64,000 nucleotides of DNA from Moniliella sp. 'wahieum'. Taxonomy: Eukaryota. The notes beneath the pieces are model-generated. The model saw only the letters and a list, made by a program, of their open reading frames with translations. It had not been told where the DNA came from and ran no database searches. How positions within the stretch are numbered: the first letter of the stretch is position 1; each line of letters begins with the position of its first letter. Where the stretch lies: the NCBI GenBank assembly GCA_003971905.1, contig RSEE01000125.1, positions 62,001 through 126,000 on the forward strand, read 5' to 3'. Shown here piece by piece: positions 51,835 through 64,000 of the stretch. The translations under genes and the position numbers were made by a program.

Positions 51835-52841
51835 GGGGGGGCGCGAGCCCAGCGGCGCCTTCGGGTGGATGACTGCGGGCCGGCTCGCGTCGGCCCAACT
51901 CGGCTCGGCTTGGTCCGAACAGCCAGAGGGGCAGGGCTGCCAGGGAAGCACAGTGGCTCCCACGAAGAACCCGCCACTCGGTAAAAGTTTCACCCGCCCA
52001 GCGCGTGTGAATGGCAGACGCGCCAGATCGAGACAGCTTCTGGCTGGCTTCAACCCCCAGGTATATAAAACACAACCCAGGTATAAAGCACACGTCCCCT
52101 CCCACAAGCTACTGGTATAGGATTGACGTTCATGCATGCACGTTCTTGGATCATCGCTCATATGACTGCCCTCATTCATGTGCACTCGCTTGTCGCACCC
52201 AGTTTGGAAGCGAATGGCCAGAGCCAGAAAAGGTCCAGACCTTCTGGCAACTCCATCGGCCTCTTGGTTGGGTTAGCAAGAGCTAGCAGCACACGTCCGA
52301 TCAACGAGCCCGGTATAAAGGCGTAGCGTTTCTTTTCCTCCCTGTCTTAATTCAGCTTCTTGCAAATGATGTCAATGCAGGCGTAAGACCGCGTGAAACT
52401 GTCTGACGCAACACGCGCTCCACCCGACAGTAATAGAAGAAGTGGACAACTCATTGAAGCTGAACAAGAGGGTCAATAACAGCGTCCGACATAACGGAAG
52501 GGCGCGCGAGCGCATTTGCAACAGTTAGGAGGAATTCCATTGCGGGTCGTTGGGAATCCAACCAAAGTGAATAATGTGGCGGCAGCGCCTCCCATCTGGC
52601 TAGGCCGAACCGAGGACTCATTAACACCCAACTGAGTGTACGCTCTCTAGGGGCGGGGAAAGCAGGTATTTGATTCGGGGAAAAGAAAACTGGGAGAAGG
52701 TGCAGAATGTGCCCGAGGTGGACATGCAACACCACAGAAGAGAGTTTGTTTACCGTGGCGTTCACAAGACCAAGACCGATTGGGCACCATTAGGAAAGAG
52801 ATGAGGAAAGAGAACCAGTGCGGGTCGTCTGGAGACGTGTG

Positions 52842-53286
52842 TTAGGCCAATGGGCTGAGGATCCTACGTTGGCAGTCACGGGCCATGGATGGAGGTGTGG
52901 CAAGAGGCCAAGGAGGCGGGAGGGCGGCCGGCCGTGTCAGTGAACAACTCAGACACCTACATCTACCGTAGGCGGAGGGCTGGGATGACGTACTTGATCA
53001 AGTTAGGCTGGGGGTTGGAGCTGGTCCAGCCGAGGTAAACAACGAACGGGACCCAGGCGTAGTGCAGCACATCTTTGCCCGTCTCGATGGCGGTGGAGAT
53101 ATAACCCTACAGGATATGAGGAAAGTGGGAAGAAGTCAACATGTTGTCAACAGAGGAGGTTTTCGCGCGCCTCGCCATTCATGCCCATCATGTTTGTAGC
53201 CACAGCGAGGCTCAGGAAGACGGGGGGGGAGCGATGCACAGAGGGGATAAGAATCGCACCTTTTGCTCTTCGGACAGCAGCGCCAT
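52842..53286 (-). CDS. TOM7: Mitochondrial import receptor subunit Tom7 (exons 53286-53260, 53106-52994, 52863-52842)
   Basis: Canonical splice sites give MALLSEEQKGYISTAIETGKDVLHYAWVPFVVYLGWTSSNPQPNLIKILSPLA* (53 aa), matching the Tom7 pattern HY.W.P..YLG...LSPLA. Confidence 0.92.
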
Positions 53287-54373
53287 TGTGAGAGAGACGA
53301 GGATGGGGGTGGCAGAGAGAGGTGGCGGTGTGTGAAAGAAGGCTGGCCGAGCGCGAGACTGCGAAAAGCTCAGCCGGGGCGCTTCCATCGACCATCGTTT
53401 TCCGCTGCCACGAATCGCATGATCGCTGACCGAGATGATGTCGACAATCCTAGGGAGGAGGGGCAGCCACGAGCAGCTGTCGATGATCGATGACGTCGAT
53501 GATGTGGGAAACTTGAAATCAACCAAGGACCATCCAATTCCGCCTCCCCATAGCATGGCCCAGCCTCTGAACGTTCAGTTGAACAGAGCAAGCACCATCC
53601 AGCAACGTTGGATGGGTCAAATTTGCTTCTGCCGGTCACGCGCCAAGTCGCACAGGCCATCCCACACGCCATAAGCACACGCGCCCAGACTCTCGCTCAC
53701 CCCGGAAGAGACTCGCGAGGACGATTAATGATTTCGCTCGTTGGCTGCATATGCCCAACAAAGGACTCGGACCCCAGGAGGAATCGTGGTGGGCACGGCC
53801 CATCCAAAGCCGAGGTGCCACCAGTAATAGTGGCATAGTAGAGCTGCCCAACCGCCGTGTCCACTCGGCCTGCTCGCTGGGCGTGCACGGTCGAAGATCT
53901 GACTAGTGACTGTCGGTGCAACAAGCCATGCGGTGATGACGCGATGACGGCCATGAAACGCCGTCCGTTTGGGGGGAGAGGCGGTTTATTTGTTGGCCAG
54001 TGAAAGTTACAGGACCCGAGTGCAATGCCAGACGGATCGGCGGTGGGACTACATGGGGCCCATCAGGCACGGCTACTGCTGCACGACACTCCCTCGGCGA
54101 CGCTCGGCCGAGACGTCGGGGGAAAAGCAGGTTGGCGCGTGAAGGCCAGCTTGCACACCCGCACCTGAAATCCCCAGTTTTAGGGCTGCCTTGGCCGAGC
54201 AACCCTTGGCGCCGCCCCTCGGCACGCACTGCGCCAGTCTCTCTCCAGCCGTCCCAGGCGGTCCCCCTCGCGCATCTTCTCCCTTCCCCCATCCCGACGC
54301 CCCCACCGCCGTTGGCTGGGTTGCTCCTGCCACCATCTCCCCACCCCCACTCCCTCCTCCTCCTCCTTCCAGC

Positions 54374-56169
54374 ATGCCCCCAGCGCGTGTCGCTGTCGTC
54401 GGTTCTGGCCTTGCTGGCCTGGCCTGCGCCCACCGTCTAGCGGCGGCATGCGATGTGCACGTCATTGAAGCCGCCCCGCTCTGGGCCTCGACAGTGCCTC
54501 CATTCTTGTCCGCCCACCTACCCTTTCCACCTCGTCCGACGCCTCCACCCCAGCCCCACCCCGGATGCACACCCAGCAGTGCGAGTGGATGTACCGATGC
54601 GCGCACTCAACTATGGATACTATCCCGAGACGTGCGCGCTCTACCGCCAACTGGGCGTTTCGCTCCAGCCAACCGAGTTCACCTACTCCTTTGCCACCGC
54701 CGCTCCGCGCAACCCACTGTCGCCCCGTCAAGCATCCGTGCCCTCCAGCTCGACCGACAGTGTTGCGGGCGCGTCCGAACCCTCACAGACCGCCCGCCCC
54801 AACAGTTCTCAGTGGCAAGCCCCGCCGCCCCACACATTGTACAATGGCGCCTCGGGGCTGCGGGGGTGGGCCTGCCTACGCAGTACCGTTGGAAGGCGGC
54901 CCGGCAGCGTGCTATCACCCAGTGGGGCTCTCTCCCTTCCCCCCTGCTCCTGATCGCTACCGCCCTGGATATCATTCTCGGCTTGGGACGGTATACTCTT
55001 TGGTGGGGCGGGATGTTGTGGTCCTATGTATTGTTGTTGGTCTATGCACTCTATCACCACCATCTCGGCCACTTGCGCGACTCGTCGCATGAGTTGACCA
55101 AAACCCACGTGGCAAGTTGGCTTGGTATCCCGCTTCAGCGCAAACTCGCTCAGCCCCCACGCGGCTGGGGGTACGGCCAGCTGTTAATGACGGACTTTAC
55201 GCACACATGCTGCTTCCGCTCATGAGTGCCGTGATGACCTGCCCCATCTCCGAGGTGACAGAGGCGCCTGTGGCCGATATCCTCGAGTATGTTGCGGCTA
55301 CTTTCCTCCGCTCCCACGCACGCGTGCGAGGTGGCGTGACCCGGGTTCAAGCTGCCCTCGTTGCTTCCATCCCTGAGGACAACATTCATCTTTCCACACG
55401 CGTCGTGGGCATGACTCCGACCCCAGGTGGGCGAATGCAGCTTCATGTCTCCCCTTCGGACGGAGGCGCACCAGGTACGCTCTGCCCCTCCTGGGCAGAA
55501 TTTGATCACGTTGTGCTTGCCACCCCGGCCGATTTGGGCGGAGAATTGGTGGAGCACTACCTGCACTCCTACCTCGATAAGGGTGGTAACGAACACGCTG
55601 CGTTGCTCCGATCCTTTGCAAACGCTCTCGCCTCTGTCCCTTACACAGCAGTCACGGTAGTCAACCATACTGATCGTCTCTTGCTCCCCCCCGCGCCGGA
55701 GGACTGGAGAGACCTCAACCTGATCCTACCTTTGCGGGGGGGGCAAACGATGGCCACCCACCTTTTGGCTCAAGATTTCCCCTCGCCCAACGGTCCGCAA
55801 CTCTTGCTCCAAACCACGGCACCACAAGAACAGAGCGGCATGGCTCCGCGTTCGGCTACCGTGCTTTCGACCGCAACCATGCGCAGAGCACGCACTACCC
55901 TCGCATCGCGCCAGATCCAAGGCCGCACCCTGTTCCAGTGGACACGCCGGCCATACGGACGACTGGTACACTGCCTCTCTTCCCTGCTGGGCTTGGCGCA
56001 ATGGGACCTCTCCCTCGGTGCAGCGCAGGGGGTACCGCTGGTAGAGCATGGCACCGAAGCTCGCATTTGGGCGTGTGGCTCGTGGTCCCCTGGAATCCCT
56101 TTGTTGGAAGGATGTGTCCGCTCCGCCCACCTGGTCGCCGACGCTATTATTCAGTTGGAGCAATCCTAA
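54374..56169 (+). CDS. FAD-dependent oxidoreductase (amine-oxidase-like / predicted NAD-FAD-binding protein)
   Basis: Rossmann motif RVAVVGSGLAGLACAHRL...VHVIEAA, then RVDVPMRAL..GYYP, FDHVVLATPA, VVNHTD and C-terminal IWACGSWSPGIPLLEGCVRSA. Confidence 0.85.
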
Positions 56170-56289
56170 GCCAAGCCGGCTGGCGTGATGATGGATGTAA
56201 CGCCCTTGCGGGTAAGAGTTGATGGGCAAGTGGGAAGATCCTGCCAAACTCTTTTTGGTTGATGCGGGGCTCACCAGGACTGCAGTGTT

Positions 56290-56620
56290 GGGGAGTTGCG
56301 ATAAAGAGTGTTCGCCAGCCCAGTGGACGAGGTAATAATTCACCAAAAGCACGTGTCGTCCTTTACGGATGGTCGATGATTCTGTCCAAAACCACCTCTT
56401 CGTTGCCCATGGCATTACGGTCTTCGTCTTATACAACCACGGAGTTTCAGACTCTCCTATAGGAGAAAGTGAATATGGCAAAACGTTCTACTGCAGCATA
56501 GCCTGCTACACAAAGGGTAACGGCATGAAAAGGTTCACTATTGCGTCATCTATTGGGTAGCCTCAATGTAATAGGCTGTTGTTTGGCACTTTGATGGGCG
56601 CGTTACTTTTTGTGACTCGA
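56290..56620 (-). mobile_element. Possible decayed Ty3/gypsy (chromovirus) integrase tail / chromodomain remnant
   Basis: Minus strand reads GNEEVVLDRIIDH then, after a frame shift, NYYLVHWAG, resembling chromodomain EYEVERILDHR...YLVKWKG. Upstream pieces TTAYYIE and PFHAVTL. The region is AT-richer and interrupted by stops. Confidence 0.35.
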
Positions 56621-56985
56621 CGGTATTGGAAGCCTGTGGGGGAAGAGAGGGGATCATCATATTGATGGGTACTAACTGAGTCACAGTGTGTATACTTTTC
56701 ATGTGTCAACGTTGTCCAGACTGTTCCAGCCCTGTCATGTCTCCCTTCGATGAAGACCGTATTCGGATGGTAAGGTCTTGGCTCGATACACTCACAAGAA
56801 ATAAGTATACGATGCCGCCGGTGGTCCCAAACATATGTACGTTCTTGACATTATTCAAGAGCGTACAAGCTATATACGAACTATAGTTCTTCTTTCGCCA
56901 CTGGGCCCTCGGTTAACCAACAAAAGTGTATCGAATTGACTTCCTCATGGCGTACATGAAGGAAAGGAGTCCAAAACTATCATTA

Positions 56986-58436
56986 TCAAGTGTACCAGGT
57001 GGGGGTGGGAAGGCCATCAGGGATGCCCTGCAGCGCAAAACGACCCACTTCAGCTTTCTTGTGAGCAATGGGGTCGGGAGGATATGGGTGCGCAAGTCGC
57101 GTCCGGCCACATCCAAGCCATACTTGGCTGCAATTGACCGGGCGCCCTGCAACTCCCAAACTTTGGTCGTCACCTCCAGTCCAACTTCGGCAATGACCAC
57201 TTTGGCTGCCGCAATGCGTACTGCCCATTCCCCCCGCGTGACCGCCGTGAGCGCTTCTCTCTCAGCCACGTGAATGATCGGAACACTTTCCTTGACCACT
57301 TGTTCGATCAACGCGGCAGCAGCCCAGACTTTGCCCTGCAAGACACCGTAGTCAATCTGGATGTACGCCTCGTCGGTCCCGCGACTGACGCGCGTTGGCT
57401 CGGGCACAAAAGGCCACGCACGGGTTGTTTCTCTCGTGTAGGCCAGGCCACGGGCCAGAGCGCCTTCAGTAATGCCAAAGTAGAAGGAAGTGAAGACCAA
57501 TTGGATCACGGGGAGATTGAGCGTGTTGTACGGTCCCAAAGGGGTAAACGTGAACTGACCCCCTTGTTGGCTCCAACCAAAGGCTTCCTCAAAGGGCACA
57601 CGGACGTTGGAAATGGAAATCCCGCCACTCTGCGTGCCACGCATCCCCAGCGTATCGACCCATTCGTCACCATACACAATCCCTTCTTGTTTATGGGCAC
57701 AGCTACAAACACATGCTGGCCCGCATGCGCTTGGCCCGCAGCGAACACGCCCTCCAAGATGGTCAGGTCCGACACCTTACTTCCTGTTGAAAAGGACTTC
57801 TTGCCATTGAAGATGAGCTTGGTGGGGTCTTGCGGGTCTTGCACCACGCTCAGATCCGTATCACGCGGGTTCACTGCGCCTCCAAAAAAGAGTTGGTTCC
57901 GGGTCGCATGTTCCTGCAGCCTGTGAATCTGCGCTGACGTGCCAACCAAGTTCACAGCCCAGAACCAAACGTAGTGGTACCTGATATCATAATAGCCTTG
58001 ATGTCAGCAGCCTGGCCCCGTCGATCACCTCAGATCTCATCGTCGAGAAAAAAGGGGAGAGACGAGAAGAGCAAGCAAAAACTTACCCCAACAGCTGGGC
58101 CAAACTTCCATCGCCCCGAGCCACTATCCGAACCACTTCGTAGGCCACATCCCACTGTTGTCCGCCTCCGCCTACAGCAGTCGGGCCGAGAAGACCCGTG
58201 AGACCAGCGTCTTTGAGAAGTTGGACCTGGCGGTACGGCACCACGTTGCCCGGTCCCGCACTGCCTCGTCCTTGTGCAGCAGCTCGGCCACTTCATCGGC
58301 ACGCTGGAGAAACTGCTGCCGTGTGGTAGGGGATGAGAAAGGCGGGTAGGTGACCAGCTCGGGATCGGCGCTGATTCGCTGGGCCCCGAACGGGCGGGGA
58401 CACCACACTGTACGCGCGGGGAGGGGGGAGGGACAT
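56986..58436 (-). CDS. Acyl-CoA-dehydrogenase-fold flavin monooxygenase of the DszC/SfnB type
   Basis: FLQRADEVAELLHKDEAVRDR, FFGGAVNPRD, FNGKKSFSTGSKVSD, WVDTLGMRGTQSGG, TRAWP, VTTKVWELQGARS, RDLRTH and C-terminal PTPTWYT*. Intron ~57981-58086; TATA (CTATAAAA) at ~58520-58527. Confidence 0.85.
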
Positions 58437-59328
58437 GCTTGGAGCTCGTGGGGGATTGACGCTGGAGGTGAGGGTGGTCGGTGGTACGGTAAGTGGAGCC
58501 AGATGACAGCTACTCCCAGTTTTATAGCATCTTTCCCCTCCCCTCCCCTCCCTCCCCTCCTACAGCGTCGCGCGCAAGAGCCTTGTTCTGGGGTATCAGA
58601 GCGTGGGGGGGTCATCGGACCGGAGCCGACCACCGGAGCCGACCACCGGAGCAGAGCGACGTCGAGTGTGTCATTGTTGTTGAGGAATGCACGATAACAT
58701 GGGATTGGCGCTTGACGCCTTGACACGGAGGCTGCCCAACATCCTCTCCGCACGCCAACCTCTGACGACAACGTGCTTGGCTGTAGCGATGCGACGGGGT
58801 GGTGTAAGGAATAAGGCCCAGTAACGAGAGCGGTTCCCGTGGGGCAAACGTCAAACGAGCACCTGGGGGACGCACGCCATGCGCATCATGCAATCCGTGG
58901 GGCTGCGGCACAAGATGGAATCCACAACGGCCTGCGTTTTGTCCACGTCTATCTCTCTTGGGATGATTGGTCGATGGTCGATAGTCGCTTATCTCATCCG
59001 TCGGACCAATCAAGCACGCGAATCACGTACCCATCTCCGGCGTCTGATTGATGCGATTGGAAAGTGCTGATTGATGAGAGCGTGGCACGTGCGCCCATTG
59101 AAACTTTGGGCAGGCGTCCCACCAACCCTAGCAACAATGGGCGCAAGGAATGTGCCACACTCCCCCCGCGCCAACACCCGGGCCACAGCAGCGCCACGCG
59201 AGACAGGCTAACCCTAGCTGGCAGCGGCGATCGCATGCGCTGGTCCGCAGGCCGCCAGCCGCTCGGCCCACCCATCCGCACGCGGCGGCTGCGTTCCCGT
59301 TCTTACCCGACCATCCTCCACTGCTGCC

Positions 59329-59698
59329 ATGAGCCGTCTGTACGTCAAGGGTCGGATCCAGGGCCACCAGCGCTCCAAGCACGTCTCGCACCCGCACACC
59401 TCGCTCGTGCAGATTGACGGGGTGGCGAGCCAGGCCGACGCGCAGTTTTACCTCGGCAAGCGCATCGCCTACGTCTACAAGGGCACCAAGCAGATCCGCG
59501 GTACCACCGTGCGTGTCATCTGGGGCCGCATCACGCGTGCCCACGGCAACTCGGGCATTGTCCGCGCCAAGTTCGCTACCAACATCCCTCCCGCTGCGTT
59601 TGGAAAGAGTGTGCGCGTCATGCTCTATCCCTCGAACAGTATGTCCTGCCTTGCTTTCTTTCTGGACCGGCGCTCACCCCCGTCTCTGCACAGTCTAA
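59329..59698 (+). CDS. RPL33: 60S ribosomal protein eL33 (L35a); intron 59639-59693 and a 5-nt coding last exon
   Basis: [17 protein letters not shown]...[12 protein letters not shown]...[25 protein letters not shown]...[10 protein letters not shown] after GTATGT..GCTCAC..CAG splicing. Confidence 0.97.
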
Positions 59699-60043
59699 TG
59701 TACAACAAAATGAGTCGTCTTGCTGGTGGGGCAGCTGGGTCAGAATACAAAGAGAGTGTGGGAAAAGTGACGACCCCCAAGTCAAAAATCCGGGCTGACA
59801 TACCTCACCATTGGTTGCATGATCGACAATCACTGATGTAAAACAGTCCCGGAAGACTAACCGAGGGTTGCAGATCGAGCCGGACTTTGCATGATGGCCA
59901 CCGTTTTGAAGCCCCCGTACATTGCGTCAACCCGATGAAGCCGAAATACGATGCGCCGCAACGCGGACTATACCATCTATTGCTCGATCTACATATCTAT
60001 CTATCTAGCGTGTTCATTTTTGTGTGGGCAGTTTTGTTGTATT

Positions 60044-60834
60044 TTACAAGTCGAGATCGAATGCATCGTCGCCCACGTCTTCGAACACGGGCATGGTTTG
60101 CGGCGCCTCGCGCACCTCGACCTGTTGGGCTAGGCTCCTCCCTCACCTCGCCCCCCTCGGCCGGGAGAGGGACAACTGTAGCGACCGGGCCCAGTGCGAA
60201 GGCGCTGTTGCGAATCAAGCCTTCGTCGGGGAAAGGGTAGTGCGCCGTTCGGCTGTCCTTCTCCTTGTCGGCCTCTTCCGGCGGAGCAGCAGTAACGCCG
60301 GCCAGCCTGGCGGCGTAGGTGAGTGTGTCTCCCAACGGCAATGGGTCTGCGGGGCAGATCAGGCGGTCAGTTACCATTGCATCCCATCGCATCCCATCCC
60401 ATAGCATAGCATACCAGCCTCGTTACGAGAGCCAGCTGAGACGGCAACGTACGCGCTTCCGCATGGTGAATCTGCTCCAACTCTTTCGCCCCGGCTTGGG
60501 TTAGGTCGAGCAGGCTGGACTGGCACAAGGCCAAGTGAGAGAGCGTGGCTTGCATCCGTTTCTCGCGCAACTTGAGCTCGCTCTCCAGCTGCACCATGCG
60601 CGTATGGTCGCGTTGGTGTTGGTGAGCGAGGTGGACATGTGCACCAACGGTGCGTTCGAGCTGGTCCACTTGGCGCAGCAGCGCTTCCACCTGTTCGCGC
60701 CTCTTGGTCAGCGACGCACTGTCTACCCTGCCTGCCCTGGAACAGAGCAGGTCCAGCACGCCCTCGCTCAGCTCCGAAAAACGTTCGGCATCCCGCCGCA
60801 GGAGCACCGACATGGCCACCCGCTCGTCGGCCAT
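60044..60834 (-). CDS. MED4: Mediator subunit 4-like protein (intron ~60347-60452)
   Basis: N-terminal coiled coil, then TLTYAARLAGVTAAPP, YPFPDEGLIR and an acidic C-terminus DDAFDLDL*. Confidence 0.78.
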
Positions 60835-61991
60835 GGCGATTGGCGATTGGCGATTGACGATTGGCGATGAGCGATTGGCGATTGGCGGTGGGGGTGCAAG
60901 TTGGTCAACGTACGTTCAACTTTCAGGGGGAACGGTGAACAAATGAAATGGAAATGCACTTTTGACCGCACCGCATGGAATCAGTTGCAGCGAATCCTCA
61001 GATTACCCTGGGCACGTACGAAATGGGAATGACATGTGACATGGACACTTCCCTCGCCAAATGAGTAGGAACCACTCCGCCTATCCGTGCAACCAAGCCC
61101 CGCTTCGCTATACCTAAGTAGAAGGTCTCGATCACGGCGTCGACCACCAACTCCTTTCGCACCCTATCATCTCTATATATCCCAACAATCATGATGGCCT
61201 TTAGGCCCTACCTTTTCCACGTATCATCGGTATCTGTGCCGGCCTTTCTACGTCAAAAAACACTTGGCCAAGCGAAGGGAACTACTACGACTTGACTATA
61301 GCGGATGATCATTCATCGTATCGTAGTGGGTAATCCTACAGCGTTTTTTCTCCCTCTTCACTACTTCGCTCTGCATCACTACTACTGTCACTCCCCTGTT
61401 TGGCCCCTCCCCACTGGGCCCGAATCCAGAGAAAAGCGAAAGGGAGCCGAGACTACACGGACTACGAGTGCCAAAAGGGCGTCATTGCGAATTGCTCATT
61501 GCGAATTGCTAATTGCTACTTGCTCATTGCTACAGCGTACAGTGCGGAACGAGGGGAGAGGGGAGTAGGGGGAAAGGGGGAAGGGGGAGCAGGAAACAGA
61601 GCATAGAGCGGCCGGCTCAGCCTGAGCTGAGCGTCAGCTGAGGGTTCAAGCTTCAAGCTTCAAGCTTCAAGTTCAGTTCAACCGAACATTGTTCAGCCTC
61701 AACGTCCCGCTTCAACATCAGCTTGAGCGCACAGACAGGCCACAAGCGCAGGCGGGGGAGGCCGGACGAGGGGCTCCCAAGAAAGAAGAAAAAAAACAAA
61801 AACAAAACAAACAGAAGCCAAAACCAAATACGAAACCAAACGCCAACCCCGCCCAAGGCGAATTCAGATAAAACGTAACGCGGAACGAGGCTACAAGATG
61901 AGCGAGTGAAGGACGTGAGGCGGGGAAGGATAAGGTGAGGGGCGGGAAGGATCGGAAGATCAGACGATCAGACGATCAGACGATCAGACGA

Positions 61992-64000
61992 TCAGATGGG
62001 TCCCGCGGGGCGGTGGGCGGGGAGCAAGTCGGCTTCGGAGCGAGCGCGTAGGCGGCGCGGATGGACGCTCTGAACAAGGGTGAGAATGGTATTCTGTACC
62101 ACCTTGAGCGCCTTGGCCGGGGGCAAGGGACCTTCCTCGGTCGCATGTGCCGGGACAAAGATCGCGGGCACGGCCAGGTCGGAAGAGGCAAAGAGCTGAG
62201 CGATCCGTTGGGCACTAGCTTCTTGCGGTACCTCCTTGGCTGCAGGCGGCGACTCGGCCGACCCAATCCGTTCCATAACATGCGCCAGGTGCTCTTTCCA
62301 CGTCTCGTGGTTCGCACGCGCCATGTTGTGAAACACTTGCAGATCTGCGCGTGCGCAAGGACAAAGGTCAGTAGTCTGGAGCAAGACGCGCGGTCCAAGC
62401 CCCCGAGAGGAGGAGGAACCGAGAACCAAAACCAAAACCAAAAAGAAGACGTACCAGGAAACGCGCCTGCCAACGCTTCAAAGTGCGGCACGGCAAACAC
62501 CTCCATAAAGTAAATCTGGCCGCGGGCCAGGGCAAACTCCTCGGGCAATTGACGGAGGGGAACCGAGTGGGCGGCGTACAAAGTGCCAGACATGTGGTGT
62601 CCGCCGCCGCCACCGGCACGACACACGCTTGAGCGGCACTGCATCGTCGTAGCGAGCTTTCGGACGATGGACAGTCCGATTCGTCCCCTTCCACCTCGGC
62701 GTCCGACTCGTCGGTTGAGCAAGAGGGACTGTCGACCTGCGCTGGCGCCGCACCCACCGTGACGGGCAACGCGCAGCCCTGCTCCAAATCACGTTGTCGT
62801 GCCCACTCCCTCCGAAGCGCAACGGACCAGTGCCGGCCGATCGGAAGGCGGCGCAGCGGATTGCATATGTCACTCGACTTGAGCAAGGCGCAGCACAGAA
62901 GCGTGACCTGGTCCGTGGTAAAGCACGCATCATGGCACCTGTCTCGTGGACCGAGGTGGTAGCCTCCGTCAGGTGCGGCGTCAAACTCTGCAGAGCAGAG
63001 AGGTAGTTAAAGTGCAAGGCCATGTCGGTGGAGAGGATGCACATGTGCATCAGTTCGCCCAGCCGCGTGCGCTTTTGCGCACGTCGGGGCGCACAGGGCA
63101 GAACCAAGTTGGCCAACACGTCGCTCGGCGGCGGAGGCTCGTCGTACGCGCACGCCTCAAAAATAAGAGTGTCGAGACCGTAGGCAGCATGCACTCCTCC
63201 AGCATCAGCGCGTGGTAGTTTTCCAACGGCGACTTGCCCTCGAACGCTTGGCTCAGGGGGGCCTTGCCGTTGACGAGGAATTTATTGGATAAGCCCATGT
63301 GGCCTGCATCGTGTCCAATCGCGGCAAAGAGAACCATCAGCACATCCGCTGGCTCCAGCGGGGAGCGGACAATGTGGGCAGCGGCCTGGGCCCACTGCCG
63401 GCCCATGTGGGGCACTCGCTCAATCAAGAACTGCGTGGGCGGTATGGCGCCAATCTGGACAAGAAAGTAGTAGGATGCCTGGAACACGTCAACAGCATGC
63501 ACAAAATTGTGGTAGGCCACCGCGGGGCGTAGAGGCGTCGGATCGAGTGCAAAAAGCCCGAGATGGAGGAAAGCGTGATGCCCAAGTGATCGCCCAAGGT
63601 CCGATAAGGTGGCAGGGGCGTGTCGAGGGGCGTATCGAGTCGCGGTTCCCTTCCACCGAGCGAGGCGAGATATCGTTCGGCTTCGGCTACGCTGGCAGGC
63701 ATGTAGAATGCCGTTTCAAACACCAGCTCGCACAGCATGGCCAATTCGTTCTCTTCCAACCCATGTGGCGCAAATTCCCAGGAATTGGTTAGCGCCGCCA
63801 TCTCGACCCGCGACCGAGGCATCCGCGTTCTCCGTGGCCGAGATCGGCTGCGATGCGTGCGGGGCCTAGGCCCCGTAGAATCATTACTAAATGCACGCGT
63901 CATCGCTCGTTCGGTGGGGCAGGTGAGGGTGGCGGTGGAGCTACGATGCGAGGGAGCCGAGGGAGCAGCATTAGGGATGATGGGGGGCTCCCCAACGGCA
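61992..64000 (-). CDS. Class I cyclic-nucleotide phosphodiesterase, 3' portion (gene extends beyond window)
   Basis: AYHNFVHAVDVFQA, AAIGHDAGHMGLSNKFL, SPLENYH, ILSTDMALH, LKSSDICNP, EWARQRDLE and GQIYFMEVFAVPHF. Confidence 0.93.

Noticed and set aside
1..58436. OPT, GSH1, metallothionein and the DszC-like gene as a sulfur/metal cluster
   Set aside because: They are spread over 58 kb among unrelated housekeeping genes, and no shared regulatory motif was demonstrated.
60835..61996. (GGCGATT)n at ~60835-60887 and (GATCAGAC)n at ~61958-61996 as CRISPR-like or telomeric repeats
   Set aside because: Spacer-less short tandem repeats in a eukaryote; not TTAGGG-type.

Overview
GC-rich, gene-dense fungal genomic DNA, most likely a basidiomycete of the smut/Ustilaginomycotina type. 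This is inferred from short GT..CTRAC..AG introns, gene content and protein style. About 24 protein genes are recognisable: OPT transporter, Doa1-like WD40 protein, MFS sugar/polyol transporter, PSD2, p23/SBA1, CRM1, GSH1, MAF1, ZIM17, a 33-aa metallothionein, PP2A B56, ARC35, an AdoMetDC-like protein, PFK-2/FBPase-2, a SIM-RING ligase, a PHO87/90/91-type transporter, a secreted hydrolase, PEX14, TOM7, an FAD oxidoreductase, a DszC/SfnB-like monooxygenase, RPL33, MED4 and a PDE. Most longer genes, including essential ones, carry frame breaks, which points to an unpolished long-read assembly, so many gene boundaries are approximate. The most striking observation is a divergent S-adenosylmethionine decarboxylase homologue (36640-37633, minus strand). 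It keeps the fold-level sequence pattern but lacks the self-cleavage/pyruvoyl motif and other catalytic motifs, making it a candidate fungal pseudoenzyme analogous to trypanosomatid prozyme. Other highlights are a micro-exon metallothionein and a spliced TOM7 not resolved by the ORF track, a possible CUG-initiated PFK-2 with a dead phosphatase motif, a WD40-only Doa1 homologue, and a decayed chromodomain retroelement trace. All family calls come from recalled motifs, not from database searches.
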